Below are positions 17,604 to 27,561 of a stretch of 37,485 nt of DNA, in pieces. The notes under the pieces are model-generated. The model was not told where the DNA came from. It saw only the letters and a program-made list of their open reading frames with translations, and did not search any database. Position 1 is the stretch's first letter; every line of letters begins with the position of its first letter. A program made the position numbers and the translations under genes. This DNA comes from Candidatus Bathyarchaeota archaeon (GTDB taxonomy: Archaea; Thermoproteota; Bathyarchaeia; Bathyarchaeales; Bathycorpusculaceae): the NCBI GenBank assembly GCA_963777155.1, contig CAVZPM010000014.1, positions 1 through 37,485 of the forward strand, written 5' to 3'.

Positions 17604-19451
17604 TTGGTGTTGGCTATTGCAGGATTTGCCTCAGGCATAATTGCCCTTGCCGTGGCTTTCGTTTTCACTTTTTTGGTTCCCGGATTGATTGGTTACCGTT
17701 TTTTCCATTTGAAATCCCATGAAATCTGGGCGTTCATACCACTCTTCAGCGTTTTAATCTCTGTTCAATTAATCTACTACGTGTCTTTGGCGGCTGGTTA
17801 CTCCAGCCAAACCATCCTTGCATGTTTTCTTGCTTTAGCAGCCCTGTATGCCTTGTTGGTTTACAAGAAGGGCGAACCGCTAAAACCGTCGATGCTACTA
17901 AAAGTTGGGCAAATTAAAAAAACCAGTCTGTTGCTTTTCGCTGTTATTTTTTTGATTTCACTTGCCATTCTTGGATTTAGTGTCTGGCGTGGCGACCAGT
18001 ACGGCATAGTTCTCACAGGCTCCAACTGGCAGGATACACCCTTCCACTACGAAATCATCGAAAGCCTAAACAACGGCAACTTCCCACCCCAAACCCCCAA
18101 CTACATCGGTACTCCCCTCAGCTACCACTACTTCGTCGACTTCCACACAGCCATAGTAGAGAAAGTGTATGGTTACCTGCCGACTTTGATGCCCGTTCTC
18201 AATGCGTTGTTTATTTTGGTGTTTGGTTTTGCAGTTTATGCTCTGGCTCGACCTTTTGGTCGGCGAGTGGCGGTTGTTGCTACAGTTATCGGCGTGTTTG
18301 GCTGGGGTTTAAGTTACATTGGTTTGTTCTCGGCACTCTTCAATGGGACTTTTAGTTCATCACAGAATTATATCTATCAGTTTGGTCAAACATTCGGGTT
18401 GCCATCAATGTTTGATAATCTTTTGCAGCAGCGGCCATTATTGGTGGGTTTACCTGCTTTCGCTTTGGTTCTGGCTTTGCTGCGGGTTATGGATGACAAA
18501 AACCGCCTAATCCTCGCGGGGCTCATCACGGGTTTAGCGTATGAGTTCCATAATGTGGCGTTTTTCTGTTGTTACGCTGCCTACGCCGTTTGCTTACTTG
18601 TTAACCTGCGTACATTCAAACTGAGTTACCTGTATTTCTTGGTGCCAACCGCTTTTGCGTTACCCTTCATACTTTTCAGCGGTTCCTCGTTCTCGTTGAG
18701 TGTTAGCTTGGATTTCTTTGCAACTTACGTTCATAATAACCCCTTTGTGTTTTACCCTCTTAACCTAGGCGTGCCCTTTGCGCTGGCAGTTATCTCTTTC
18801 TTTAAGCGTGGACATGAATACCTAAAAATCACTCTTCTGCTTCTTTTCTTAGTTCCTAACATCTTGTTGTTGACGCCTTGGAGCTGGGACATGTACAAGT
18901 TCTTCATGTTCGCTTGGGTGCTTATTGCCGTGCTCAGCGGTATCATGTTGGCTAAGACCCGGCGAATTTTAGTGGTTACATTGGTTTTGCTTTCAGTTAT
19001 GACAACAGCAAGCGTAATCACATACAACGTTGGAACAGACTATGCCGGGGTCAGCTGGAGCGAATACCATCTTGGTTTATGGGTTCGAGACCATACGCCA
19101 CAGAAAGCAGTTTTCTTAACTTATTATGGTATCCATGAACCTCCCACCATGATTGCCGGTCGGGTCAGGGTGTCGTCCTATGTATACTGGCCATACGGAC
19201 ATGGGATACCGCTGGACCAAGTTTGGCAACGTGAACATGAAATCGATTCAGCCTACAACGGCACTGCAGCGGATTTAGCAACGGTAGTGCGTGAATACAA
19301 CGTTTCCTACGTATATGTTGGAAACGAAGAAACTGGCTACTACTCTCTTAACTGCATTGCACATTTAGATTCGGTTGGGTTTTTGACTACAGTTTACTCT
19401 GATGGTGACCTACGCGTCTACCAAGTAGACTACTCCAAAATGGGCAGTTAG
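17604..19451 (+). CDS. Polytopic membrane protein, putative GT-C-fold glycosyltransferase (DUF2298/ArnT/STT3-like)
   Basis: Many TM segments; first large loop NWQDTPFHYEII...GNFPPQTPNYIGTPLSYHYF; STT3-like soluble C-terminus WVRDHTPQKAVFLT...YNVSYVYVGNEE. Confidence 0.7.
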   Translation: MVLAIAGFASGIIALAVAFVFTFLVPGLIGYRFFHLKSHEIWAFIPLFSVLISVQLIYYVSLAAGYSSQTILACFLALAALYALLVYKKGEPLKPSMLLKVGQIKKTSLLLFAVIFLISLAILGFSVWRGDQYGIVLTGSNWQDTPFHYEIIESLNNGNFPPQTPNYIGTPLSYHYFVDFHTAIVEKVYGYLPTLMPVLNALFILVFGFAVYALARPFGRRVAVVATVIGVFGWGLSYIGLFSALFNGTFSSSQNYIYQFGQTFGLPSMFDNLLQQRPLLVGLPAFALVLALLRVMDDKNRLILAGLITGLAYEFHNVAFFCCYAAYAVCLLVNLRTFKLSYLYFLVPTAFALPFILFSGSSFSLSVSLDFFATYVHNNPFVFYPLNLGVPFALAVISFFKRGHEYLKITLLLLFLVPNILLLTPWSWDMYKFFMFAWVLIAVLSGIMLAKTRRILVVTLVLLSVMTTASVITYNVGTDYAGVSWSEYHLGLWVRDHTPQKAVFLTYYGIHEPPTMIAGRVRVSSYVYWPYGHGIPLDQVWQREHEIDSAYNGTAADLATVVREYNVSYVYVGNEETGYYSLNCIAHLDSVGFLTTVYSDGDLRVYQVDYSKMGS

Positions 19452-19495
19452 TGATTGGCAAGTTTTAAACATCAAAAACGACGAAACGGTAAACT

Positions 19496-19909
19496 ATGAC
19501 GACAAAGGCAGATAAATTGGGCAAACTGCATACAGTCCTGATACTTTTCATCGCCATAAACATCATCGGCGACATCGGCAACGTAGCATTCTGGTGGGCA
19601 AATTCCTCTTCACGCGACGCCTCACTCAATACAGGCTACATAGCATCCGTTGCAGGCAATGGTAATGCCTTGATTGCTGGAACAATAATTTTGCTGGTGG
19701 TCTCAGCGGTTTACGCTGCTGCTTTGTTTGGGTTGCTAAAAAAGAGGGCGTGGGCTCCGCTGCTAGTAATTGCCATATCCGTCGCTAACCGTGTAATCGC
19801 ATTGCCACTGTATTTTATCAGCCCTGCGTTTGCGTTCTGGGCAGTCTGGACAGTAATACTAGTGGTCGTTTCGTATCTTGACTGGAAAAAGCTAAAAGCA
19901 CAACCATAA
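19496..19909 (+). CDS. Four-TM hypothetical membrane protein
   Basis: 137-aa ORF with 4 hydrophobic helices; TTTTAAA box about 25 nt upstream. Confidence 0.75.
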   Translation: MTTKADKLGKLHTVLILFIAINIIGDIGNVAFWWANSSSRDASLNTGYIASVAGNGNALIAGTIILLVVSAVYAAALFGLLKKRAWAPLLVIAISVANRVIALPLYFISPAFAFWAVWTVILVVVSYLDWKKLKAQP

Positions 19910-19932
19910 CCCACTATTTTCTCTTTTTTACG

Positions 19933-20424
19933 TTAAAGTTGGTTCTTTAGTGTAGCTTGATGTTTTTTGCCGCTTAGGTAGGTAATGTCTATTCTGCCCA
20001 AGGTTGTTTTTTCGATTTTTTCAGGTTTAATTTTAGCTAATTTTGATTCTGGATTTAGCGCGATCTGACGCACAAGAATCTCAAGGGCATGGTGTTTTTC
20101 AGTTGGGTCCGAGATTAGGCTTAACTTGCCGCTAAAATGCACCGAGGTGTAAACGTAATCGCACTCATCGGTAACGCCGAAATCCAGCACTGCTTGCCCC
20201 CAGACGTTTGGGTTTGCTTGTGCGTATACGAGTTTTTTGCCTTCGGGTGCGCAGTGGAAGTAGAGACAGTTTCTGGTTTGGTCGTAACCATGGTTTAGCG
20301 AAACCAAATAGGGTTCATTGTTCATGCAGAGGGCAACGGTAATGTATTTTGTGTTTTTCAGAACTTGCCGCATCTCGTCTTGGTCGGTGATTTCCCGCTC
20401 TTTGCGTCTAACATGAAAAGACAT
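19933..20424 (-). CDS. Pyridoxamine 5'-phosphate oxidase-like / NimA family flavin-binding protein
   Basis: RRKEREI; PYLVSLNHGYD; LYFHCAPEGKK; YTSVHFSG. Confidence 0.88.
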   Translation of the reverse strand: MSFHVRRKEREITDQDEMRQVLKNTKYITVALCMNNEPYLVSLNHGYDQTRNCLYFHCAPEGKKLVYAQANPNVWGQAVLDFGVTDECDYVYTSVHFSGKLSLISDPTEKHHALEILVRQIALNPESKLAKIKPEKIEKTTLGRIDITYLSGKKHQATLKNQL

Positions 20425-20451
20425 GCATTGATTCTAAGCGGAAATGTAATA

Positions 20452-20973
20452 TTAACTTTTTTTGAGGTGTAACCTATGATAAGTATTGACGAGTTTTTTT
20501 CTCATGAAACTTACCACATCAGGCGTGAAAATAGAAAACGCGGCCAACGTGAAATTGAGTGGGAAAACATATGGGTCTTCAAAGAGGTTGCCACCGTAGG
20601 AGCCATTGATGTTCTGTATGTAACCAATGAATTGGAATAGTGACCATAACGCGGTTTGTATCCATGCGCCGCCAAGGCGTGCAAGGTACTTCTGTCTTCT
20701 ACTAAGAGGCTGGTTTTTGCTTCTCCAGAACACTTCGCCAGCCACTGCACCTGCCCCTCCGGGAAAAAAAGCGTTAACAAGAACCTTTTCGACAATGTTG
20801 CGTGGTACAAAGGGAGTTGTCCATGGCGGCATAAACGCACTTAGAATTGGCAGGTGGACATTGCCCGTTGCAAGCCGAATCGTTGCGGGAACAGCATAGA
20901 TAAGGGCGCCGCCTATTTGCCAAACCCAAAACCGCCTGCTGCGAAATGTGTTTTCAAGGGCTTTTAGAGACAT
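20452..20973 (-). CDS. Hypothetical membrane protein
   Basis: Hydrophobic ORF; TTTTAAAA box about 25 nt upstream of ATG 20973. Confidence 0.7.
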   Translation of the reverse strand: MSLKALENTFRSRRFWVWQIGGALIYAVPATIRLATGNVHLPILSAFMPPWTTPFVPRNIVEKVLVNAFFPGGAGAVAGEVFWRSKNQPLSRRQKYLARLGGAWIQTALWSLFQFIGYIQNINGSYGGNLFEDPYVFPLNFTLAAFSIFTPDVVSFMRKKLVNTYHRLHLKKS

Positions 20974-21079
20974 ATCTTCTAAAGCTAACGGCGCAAGTTT
21001 TAAAAAGCCTTCCCAAAAAACCTTCACGTTCTTTTGAGGGCAAAAATGGTTATTAAGCGGACCAAGCCACGTGCCGACG

Positions 21080-21240
21080 TTGACAAAGCGTAGAAGTCGA
21101 GGGGAACGTTTTATCGCGTATTAGCCGCCAGACCCGCCTAACGTGGGGGATTAGTCTATCTTCCTTGTTAACTCGATACGATCATTAAATGATATAAAAT
21201 GATGTTGTCTCAAACTGAAGCAACAACTATCAGGCTTTTT
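21080..21240 (+). ncRNA. Candidate structured small RNA
   Basis: TTATTAAG box at 21050-21057; no credible ORF; nested helices; oligo-T tracts at 21236-21249. Confidence 0.35.
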
Positions 21241-21332
21241 AGATTTTTTCTAGTAAACCCCGGCGAGTCTGACCGTAAAGATTCAGTTTATTGCGATGCA
21301 ATAGCTTTTTTAGTATTTGTTTCACCCTTATT

Positions 21333-22388
21333 TTGCGGTGTATTAAAACGGAAGAAGCTGATGTTTGGACTCCTATGGATGGAGACACATTTGTCACAAA
21401 AGACGGTTTTATAATGAACACGTTTGGGTACGAACACCCTGAAGACCGAGTTTTTGCATTCCTCAAGTACATCCCAGCCCAGTACAGGGGGCTTTTCAAC
21501 GTAGAGATGCTCACAAGAACCTGGCGTTTTGGCATAAACCCCTTAACCAGCCAGCTTTTCCGCGCCGAAAAACTCTACACAGCCAAAAACTACCAAACCT
21601 TCATTGAAGCCTTCCGCAAAACCTTCCCCGATTACCTCTTCTATGATGAAACTCGTGGCAAAGAACTTATCACGGCACCGCTGGAGAAAATCGCGCAAGT
21701 TTTCGTCCCAAAAGATAGATTGGTATGGCTACAGGACCTAAAGAATCCAGATAGCCTCCAACAACTTGCACTCCAACTTATCGAGCTTGTCAGCAAAGAA
21801 TCTGGCGTGGCAAAAAGCGACTTTGGCATCCATGGCTCAATCGCGCTTGAGATGCATGCTCCAGAATCAGACATGGACTTTGTAGTTTACGGCTCACAAA
21901 ACTTTCGACTCGTTGAAGAAGCCATTCAACGGCTGGTTAACGAAGCCAAATTCAGCTACATAGCAGGTAACCGCATCGAAGCCGCCCGGAAATTTGTCGG
22001 CAAGTTTCAAGGCAAAATCTGGATGTACAATGCCACAAAGAAATCCGACGAAATCAAGACGCAATATGGCGACTACACTTTCACACCTCTTGCACCGCTG
22101 CGTTTCACAGCTACAGTTTGCGACGATACGGAAACGATGTATCGGCCCGCAATTTACAAAATCAGCAATTACATACCTGCAGACGCACAGAGTGAACTTG
22201 ACCTCGAACAAATACCAATACAAGTCACCTCAAACATTGGTTGCTACCGAAACGTTGCCCGAGTTGGACAGCAGATCAAAGCAGCAGGCACCTTAGAGAA
22301 AGCGCAATCAACCCGGGATAACAGCAGCTTCTACCAAGTAGTTGTTGGAACAGCCACTTCAGAAGAAGAGTACATATGGCCAATCTGA
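21333..22388 (+). CDS. Pol-beta-superfamily nucleotidyltransferase (COG1665-like) with C-terminal OB-like domain, paralog 1
   Basis: [23 protein letters not shown] (GS...DxD); N-terminal DGDTFVT...FGYEHP; start assigned to TTG 21333, about 25 nt after a T/A box. Confidence 0.85.
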   Translation: MRCIKTEEADVWTPMDGDTFVTKDGFIMNTFGYEHPEDRVFAFLKYIPAQYRGLFNVEMLTRTWRFGINPLTSQLFRAEKLYTAKNYQTFIEAFRKTFPDYLFYDETRGKELITAPLEKIAQVFVPKDRLVWLQDLKNPDSLQQLALQLIELVSKESGVAKSDFGIHGSIALEMHAPESDMDFVVYGSQNFRLVEEAIQRLVNEAKFSYIAGNRIEAARKFVGKFQGKIWMYNATKKSDEIKTQYGDYTFTPLAPLRFTATVCDDTETMYRPAIYKISNYIPADAQSELDLEQIPIQVTSNIGCYRNVARVGQQIKAAGTLEKAQSTRDNSSFYQVVVGTATSEEEYIWPI

Positions 22389-23455
22389 AACTTCGCGACC
22401 GCGACGCCATCCAAACCGCTGAGGGAATGATTTTCCGTGTGTTTGGCTATAGCCACCCCCAAAACGCCTACATATGCGATGCAGAATACGCCTCATCCAA
22501 TATTTTTCAATCAAAAGACCCTCGTGCCCCAAGAGAAGGAAGACGCGAACTCTTCTACAAGTTCTACAACGATGAAGGCATGAAACTCATCGGCAAGAAA
22601 TACCCACGATACCTCATCGACCATGAAATGCTTGGAATAAAAATCGTCGGCGTACCCAAAGACTTAATCGTTGACGCCAGACAACCGCAACCACGCCTCC
22701 AAGAACTCCTCAAAGCAGGACCAACTGACCCCTTACTAGCAGCATTGGAACGTGTCCTTGGCATAGCAACCAAAAAGTCAAGCGTACCATCTGAAAGCTT
22801 CGGTGTCTTCGGATCGATGCTTCATGGATTTCATCACCCAAAGTTCTCTGACATCGACTTTACGATTTATGGTAAAGCTGAAAACGCCAAAATGCGTCAG
22901 ACAATGGCGGAATTGTATGACAATAAAGAATCAGGTTTGCGAAACGAGTTCGAATCCAACGATGCCATGAAGGGTAAGGACTGGCGATTCAAAAATTTTG
23001 AAGTTAAAGATTTTGTTTGGCATCAGCGTCGGAAGATGATTTACGGCTTATACGACGACACTAAACAAAGCGGTAGAGTAATCAAAGCCGAATTTGAACC
23101 CGTAAAAGCTTGGAACGAAATAAAATCCGAATATGATCCAAAAACCCACATTGTGCAGAAAGGCTGGGTTAAAATAAAAGCTCGGGTGACAGCTGACGAT
23201 GAAGCGCCATTTATTCCATCAATCTACGGCATCGAACCCTTGGAAGTCTTAGCTGGCCCCAAAGAGGCGCTTGAAACAAAACGGGTCTTCAGCTACATGG
23301 AAGAGTTCCGACAGCAGGCACAGACGGATGAAACGGTGATTGTTGAAGGCAACCTAGAAGAAGTCGAATCGCCATCAGAAAGTTTCTTGCAGATAACACT
23401 AACTTATTGTCCACGCTACTATGAACAGGTACTCAAAATCCAGCACTCTGCGTGA
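22376..23455 (+). CDS. COG1665-like nucleotidyltransferase, paralog 2
   Basis: [24 protein letters not shown]; RDRDAIQT...VFGYSHP; 13-bp overlap with paralog 1. Confidence 0.88.
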   Translation: MANLKLRDRDAIQTAEGMIFRVFGYSHPQNAYICDAEYASSNIFQSKDPRAPREGRRELFYKFYNDEGMKLIGKKYPRYLIDHEMLGIKIVGVPKDLIVDARQPQPRLQELLKAGPTDPLLAALERVLGIATKKSSVPSESFGVFGSMLHGFHHPKFSDIDFTIYGKAENAKMRQTMAELYDNKESGLRNEFESNDAMKGKDWRFKNFEVKDFVWHQRRKMIYGLYDDTKQSGRVIKAEFEPVKAWNEIKSEYDPKTHIVQKGWVKIKARVTADDEAPFIPSIYGIEPLEVLAGPKEALETKRVFSYMEEFRQQAQTDETVIVEGNLEEVESPSESFLQITLTYCPRYYEQVLKIQHSA

Positions 23456-23513
23456 TTGTTGCAAATCGCAGAAAAATGTGGGTTGCAATTTGCAGCAACA
23501 ACTTTTTCTTTGC
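23456..23513 (+). terminator. Inverted repeat plus T-tract after the NTase pair
   Basis: TTGTTGCAAATCGCA (23456-70) / TGCAATTTGCAGCAA (23484-98), 13/15 Watson-Crick complementary, then CTTTTTCTTT. Confidence 0.5.
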
Positions 23514-23885
23514 AGGAGATTCACGTTGGTTTTCTTGAACGGGGTTTTTTCCAAGGTTCTTGTTCAGTATTTAGAATGGATTAGTTACAGCTTCTACCTT
23601 CAGAATAGAACGTTTCTATTCTCAGTTAAGAATAAATGTTTAATTTGGGTTTCTCTCTGAAAGATGATGCCCGCTTCCAGCATCCGGTCACTGTATCATC
23701 AGTATCATCATTATCTTCTAAGGCTTCAATTATTAATCCAGCTCCCATCTTAGGGCTTGGCAATTTATTGCTTATTTCATCCCTCATTTTTTATCCCTGT
23801 GTTTCTATTGTTGCTGTCCAGTCATGGGGTGTGCCCTTAAGGGGAGGTGCACTCTTTAATGTGCTCAGTAAAACGCTTTGCGATT

Positions 23886-24206
23886 CTAAACTAGAGCATA
23901 GTAGAGGTCATTGTTTTTTTCCGCGACTTTAAGTTTACCAAGTGCACGATTAATTTCAAGTGCACAATTGACAAAAGAAATATCGCCTACTGTCTCACCA
24001 AACCGTTCCAGTTTCATTTTGAAATTAACGTTCTCAATGGCCAAAAGTGACTCATCTATTGCAAGTGGTTTACCAACTATTAAAAATGCCATTTCTCCCT
24101 GAGAGTAATACTTACCCTTCTCCATTTTGCTTAAAAAATCAGTAAATTTTCTATCGATAATTTGGGTGGTGAGCAGTTTATCCATGTCTTTTTCTTCGAG
24201 CGGCAT
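23886..24206 (-). CDS. Hypothetical protein, possible winged-helix
   Basis: 106-aa ATG ORF ending in a beta-hairpin-like KLKVAEKNNDLYYAL. Confidence 0.55.
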   Translation of the reverse strand: MPLEEKDMDKLLTTQIIDRKFTDFLSKMEKGKYYSQGEMAFLIVGKPLAIDESLLAIENVNFKMKLERFGETVGDISFVNCALEINRALGKLKVAEKNNDLYYALV

Positions 24207-24552
24207 AACAGGCTTCCCAGATACTGTATTGAATTTGTAGTTGTTTAAGTTTAACCCTTTTATGTGGAGCGAGGTTTGGTGTTCTCTTAGGTCTCATTAA
24301 TTTTTGCATCGTTTTTCTTCACTTTTTAATTTATTTTCTTTCCTTTGTTGCTGGATTCTATTGAAAAGGTTTTTTTAATTTTGTTTTCACTTTACTCTGT
24401 TTAGTGCTAATACGCTAATTGTGTTTGTGAAAAATTTAAATTTAAATCGATAATTCCTATAGGATTCTTGAAAAAGAACCTCAATATGGACTGGTTTTAT
24501 CGCCTAATATTTTTCTATGCCGAGAGTATAACATGACGTATTTGGTGTAAAA

Positions 24553-24888
24553 ATGGAAAAGGCTAAACAAGCATCAAAGTCTCTGTTTGAATTAGCGGAA
24601 AGTTATTCAGAACTTCAAAAAGCGTTAAAGACCACCGCTAAAGAGACTGCGAAGACTAAAAAGTTATGGCGAGAAGGCAATAAATCCAATCTAATAAAAA
24701 TAGGTGTAGCATGCATTATGTTTCCTGACCCTTCACCAGTAGGCGAAATAATCGGGACAGGCTTCATAGTCGCAGGAGCAGTTCAAAAAGGAATCCAGAA
24801 AAGAACACTCTACGTTAGCGACTTGAAGAAAAATCTAGAACTTACATTAAGAGAACTTAATACAACCCAATGCAACTTACGTACTTAG
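24553..24888 (+). CDS. Hypothetical protein (helical, central hydrophobic hairpin)
   Basis: GGTG RBS; LIKIGVACIMFPDPSPVGEIIGTGFIVAG. Confidence 0.7.
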   Translation: MEKAKQASKSLFELAESYSELQKALKTTAKETAKTKKLWREGNKSNLIKIGVACIMFPDPSPVGEIIGTGFIVAGAVQKGIQKRTLYVSDLKKNLELTLRELNTTQCNLRT

Positions 24889-24895
24889 CAACTTT

Positions 24896-25771
24896 TTACT
24901 TTGATTGATTATAAGGTTCAATTATCACGTTCATCTCGATAATCTCGTCAAATTCCTTTATTGTTCGGTCCTCGATTCGTGAGGCAATAGCGTGTGCCTC
25001 TTCCACAGTCATATCGTTGCTTAGTGCAATGTGCATGTCACCGATTAAATAAGAACCAAGCTGTCTCATTCGAATGCTGTGAACCTTCTTTACATGCGCT
25101 ATACTGTTCGCGATGTCTTCGATTGCCGCTATAGTCTCTGGACAATGATATGAATCAAGTAAAACAAGAGATGCCTCTTTTAAAATAGGGTAAACCATTG
25201 TGAAAACAAACAAGGAAATAATAATTCCTGCTATTGCGTCGGTTTGGGGAATATTGAAGTAACCGCTTAATGCGATGCCAACGAAGGCTGTTATGGAAGT
25301 GAGCACGTCTTTTATCGAGTTGGAGGCATCTGTTTTAAGTGCTAATGAACCATATTTCTTTGCAGCCCTGCGCTTGTATATTAGAAGAAATGATGAAATC
25401 AATGTTGCAGCTAATGCAACCATTAAGGCTACTAGTGGGTCAATCACTGTTTTGGGGTTAAGAAGGTCTTGGTAGGATTCATAGAGAGTAATTCCTCCAA
25501 TGATTGCCATGAAGAGTGCCGCAAATATGCTGCTTAGGGTTTCAACTCGATGGTAGCCAAAATGGAATCTTTTATCAGGAGCTCTCCGTGATATGCGTAG
25601 ACCAATCCAGACTATTAGCGAGACTCCTGCGTCGGCAAAAGATTGGATACCGTCAGCGATTAAGGCAATGCTTAAAGTGAAAATACCCATAATCAATTCT
25701 GAAAAACCAACCATTAACTGGACAAAAAAAGAACGTTTTGCTACTTTTCCGCCCTGAGCAAGGTTAGCCAT
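24896..25771 (-). CDS. Cation diffusion facilitator (FieF/CzcD family)
   Basis: SIALIADGIQSFAD; PDKRFHFGYHRVE; C-terminal dimerisation domain IRMRQLGSYLIGDMHI...MTVEEAHAI. Confidence 0.92.
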   Translation of the reverse strand: MANLAQGGKVAKRSFFVQLMVGFSELIMGIFTLSIALIADGIQSFADAGVSLIVWIGLRISRRAPDKRFHFGYHRVETLSSIFAALFMAIIGGITLYESYQDLLNPKTVIDPLVALMVALAATLISSFLLIYKRRAAKKYGSLALKTDASNSIKDVLTSITAFVGIALSGYFNIPQTDAIAGIIISLFVFTMVYPILKEASLVLLDSYHCPETIAAIEDIANSIAHVKKVHSIRMRQLGSYLIGDMHIALSNDMTVEEAHAIASRIEDRTIKEFDEIIEMNVIIEPYNQSK

Positions 25772-25983
25772 CAGTTTTTGTCCTCAATGATTGCACCTAA
25801 ATTTGTATTGTATGCTAAAAACCTTGTCCAACTGGATAATAAAATAACAATGAAGGGAAACCAATTCAATCTGGATTTGTCGGAAAATAGCTTTTATGAT
25901 ATTTGCACAAATCTAAAACCCTTATCTTTTCTTTTCTGTCTGTTGATGGGCGTATCGAATCGCGCATACTAAGTTACGCCTGA

Positions 25984-26003
25984 GCTAAATACATGTGTTT
26001 AGC
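25984..26003. promoter_or_regulatory. 20-bp near-perfect palindrome, candidate operator
   Basis: GCTAAATACATGTGTTTAGC in the divergent intergenic region upstream of the CDF gene. Confidence 0.3.
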
Positions 26004-26121
26004 ATTTATTCCAATTTATGTGAGATTATTTCAATAATTCTTAATTATTATGAACAAATCATAACTATATTTATATCTAATTGGGCATCTATTCATTATA
26101 ACCAAAAGGTGACATAAGAAA

Positions 26122-26247
26122 ATGTTAAACGCAATAATAGTCGGTTTGAGTCTAATCGCAAGTGCGATTGGCACGTTAGCAACTGAAATATATGTAGCCA
26201 AGAGAGTCAGTAGAATAAGTGCCAACTTAAACCATAGGAACTACTAA
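26122..26247 (+). CDS. 41-aa single-TM microprotein
   Basis: AGGTGA RBS; MLNAIIVGLSLIASAIGTLATEIYVAKRVSRISANLNHRNY*. Confidence 0.55.
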   Translation: MLNAIIVGLSLIASAIGTLATEIYVAKRVSRISANLNHRNY

Positions 26248-26264
26248 GTCAAGGGTGACTATGC

Positions 26265-26399
26265 ATGGACATAGCAGTTCTAAGCGTTGGAGTTTTCGGT
26301 GTTAGCTCTTTGGCAACTGCTTTCATTAAATGTACAATAGCTAAAAGGAAAGCAGTACAAATTAGAGACCATACAAAAAATCCCTTAAGGCGCTTCTAA
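26265..26399 (+). CDS. 44-aa single-TM microprotein
   Basis: GGGTGA RBS; MDIAVLSVGVFGVSSLATAFIKCTIAKRKAVQIRDHTKNPLRRF*; followed by a GGCGCTT/AAGCGCC hairpin. Confidence 0.55.
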   Translation: MDIAVLSVGVFGVSSLATAFIKCTIAKRKAVQIRDHTKNPLRRF

Positions 26400-26450
26400 G
26401 CGCCAAATTTATTAAACTATTTTTTCAAGCCTGCTCCCGGCTTGCTTTTT

Positions 26451-27489
26451 TCATGGCTGGGTTTTGCGGATAACCATGTAGTCTGTTGGTTTGTTCCCGA
26501 TGATGATGCGGTAGTGGCTTTCTCCTGTTCGGGTGTCTGTGCAGAGTTCGACTTTTCCCTGAACTTCAACTGTGGTGGGTTCTCTGTTGATTTGTGGGTA
26601 CTTGTTTGCAGAACCTGCCGCGGAATGAAACAATCTCCTTTATCGGCACCAGTTTTGATCCTTCAATGACTACAACATCCCTGAGACTGTAGGTGCAAGG
26701 CGTAAAAAGTGAATCAGAATCGTCAACAATCTTGGCGGTTATTTTTGCATAGCCACTGTTAGTATAGCGCACATCACCATAGTGTTCCCCAGTTTCCGCC
26801 CAATCTTTCACAAAGCGTATGAAATAGTCGGTTCCCATGAACATGCCCTGGAAAGCTTTTCGGTTTTCAACCATCTCGAAGTCTTCGAAGCTCATCTGTG
26901 TATCCTTCGAACGGAAGTCAAAGAGCGTTTGGAGCTCCATTCGACTGTAGGGTTTGAAGCCAGAGTCAGCCTCTTCTAACAGTTCTTGTAGGGCAACGTA
27001 GGCTTTTCGGCTATTCTCTACCCCATAAACCAATGGATCGATATCAGATTTCTCAGTTGTTAACCCTGCCATTATCGAACCAGAAATACCAATTGCGCTC
27101 CATGGGATACCTGCTTTTTCTTTCAGCGTTGTTGCAAGCTGAAGCGCCTTGCTTTCGAGGGTGGTGAGGTTTTTGGTTTTACGTAGTTCTGCAAGTTTTT
27201 CTGTCGGTTGGTAATGTTCCGCGATTTCTTCTATTGGGACCTCGCACATTGTTTCCCCAAATACGCGGTCAAAAACTATGAGATTAGGATGATTCTCCTG
27301 CAGGTACTTGAAGCGGTCACCCAAGCTGTAGACTTTGCCGTACAGTGCATCTTTGCCTTGCCTTGTTCCTTGCGGTGAAGGAATGAAGCGTGGAAACGCA
27401 ATAACCTTGTTTGGCGGGTGAACCAAGCCTTTAACATCGAAAACCACGTTGCTTTTAGTCCTGATTAGGTCGCCTTCGCGCGGTTTCAT
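26451..27489 (-). CDS. COG1665-like nucleotidyltransferase, paralog 3 (frameshift near 26590 splits off the C-terminus)
   Basis: REGDLIRT...VKGLVHP; GISGSIMAGLTTEKSDIDPLVYG; continuation VEVQGKVE...HYRIIIG in ORF 26451-26633 matches the other paralogs' ends. Confidence 0.85.
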
Positions 27490-27561
27490 ACAAATCAAAG
27501 GCATGTAGTTTTCAAAACTTTAATAAACCTTCTTTAAACCAAAATACCAGAGCACATCCAA

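Noticed and set aside
21089-21180. Archaeal SECIS element (GAA/A internal loop)
   Set aside because: Lacks three G-C pairs after GAA, the apical part is too large, and no adjacent gene has an in-frame TGA at a Cys position
21333-23455. MNT-HEPN toxin-antitoxin or CBASS CD-NTase defence system
   Set aside because: Proteins are about 350 aa with extra N- and C-terminal domains unlike minimal MNTs, and no HEPN, Cap effector or E1/E2/JAB genes are adjacent
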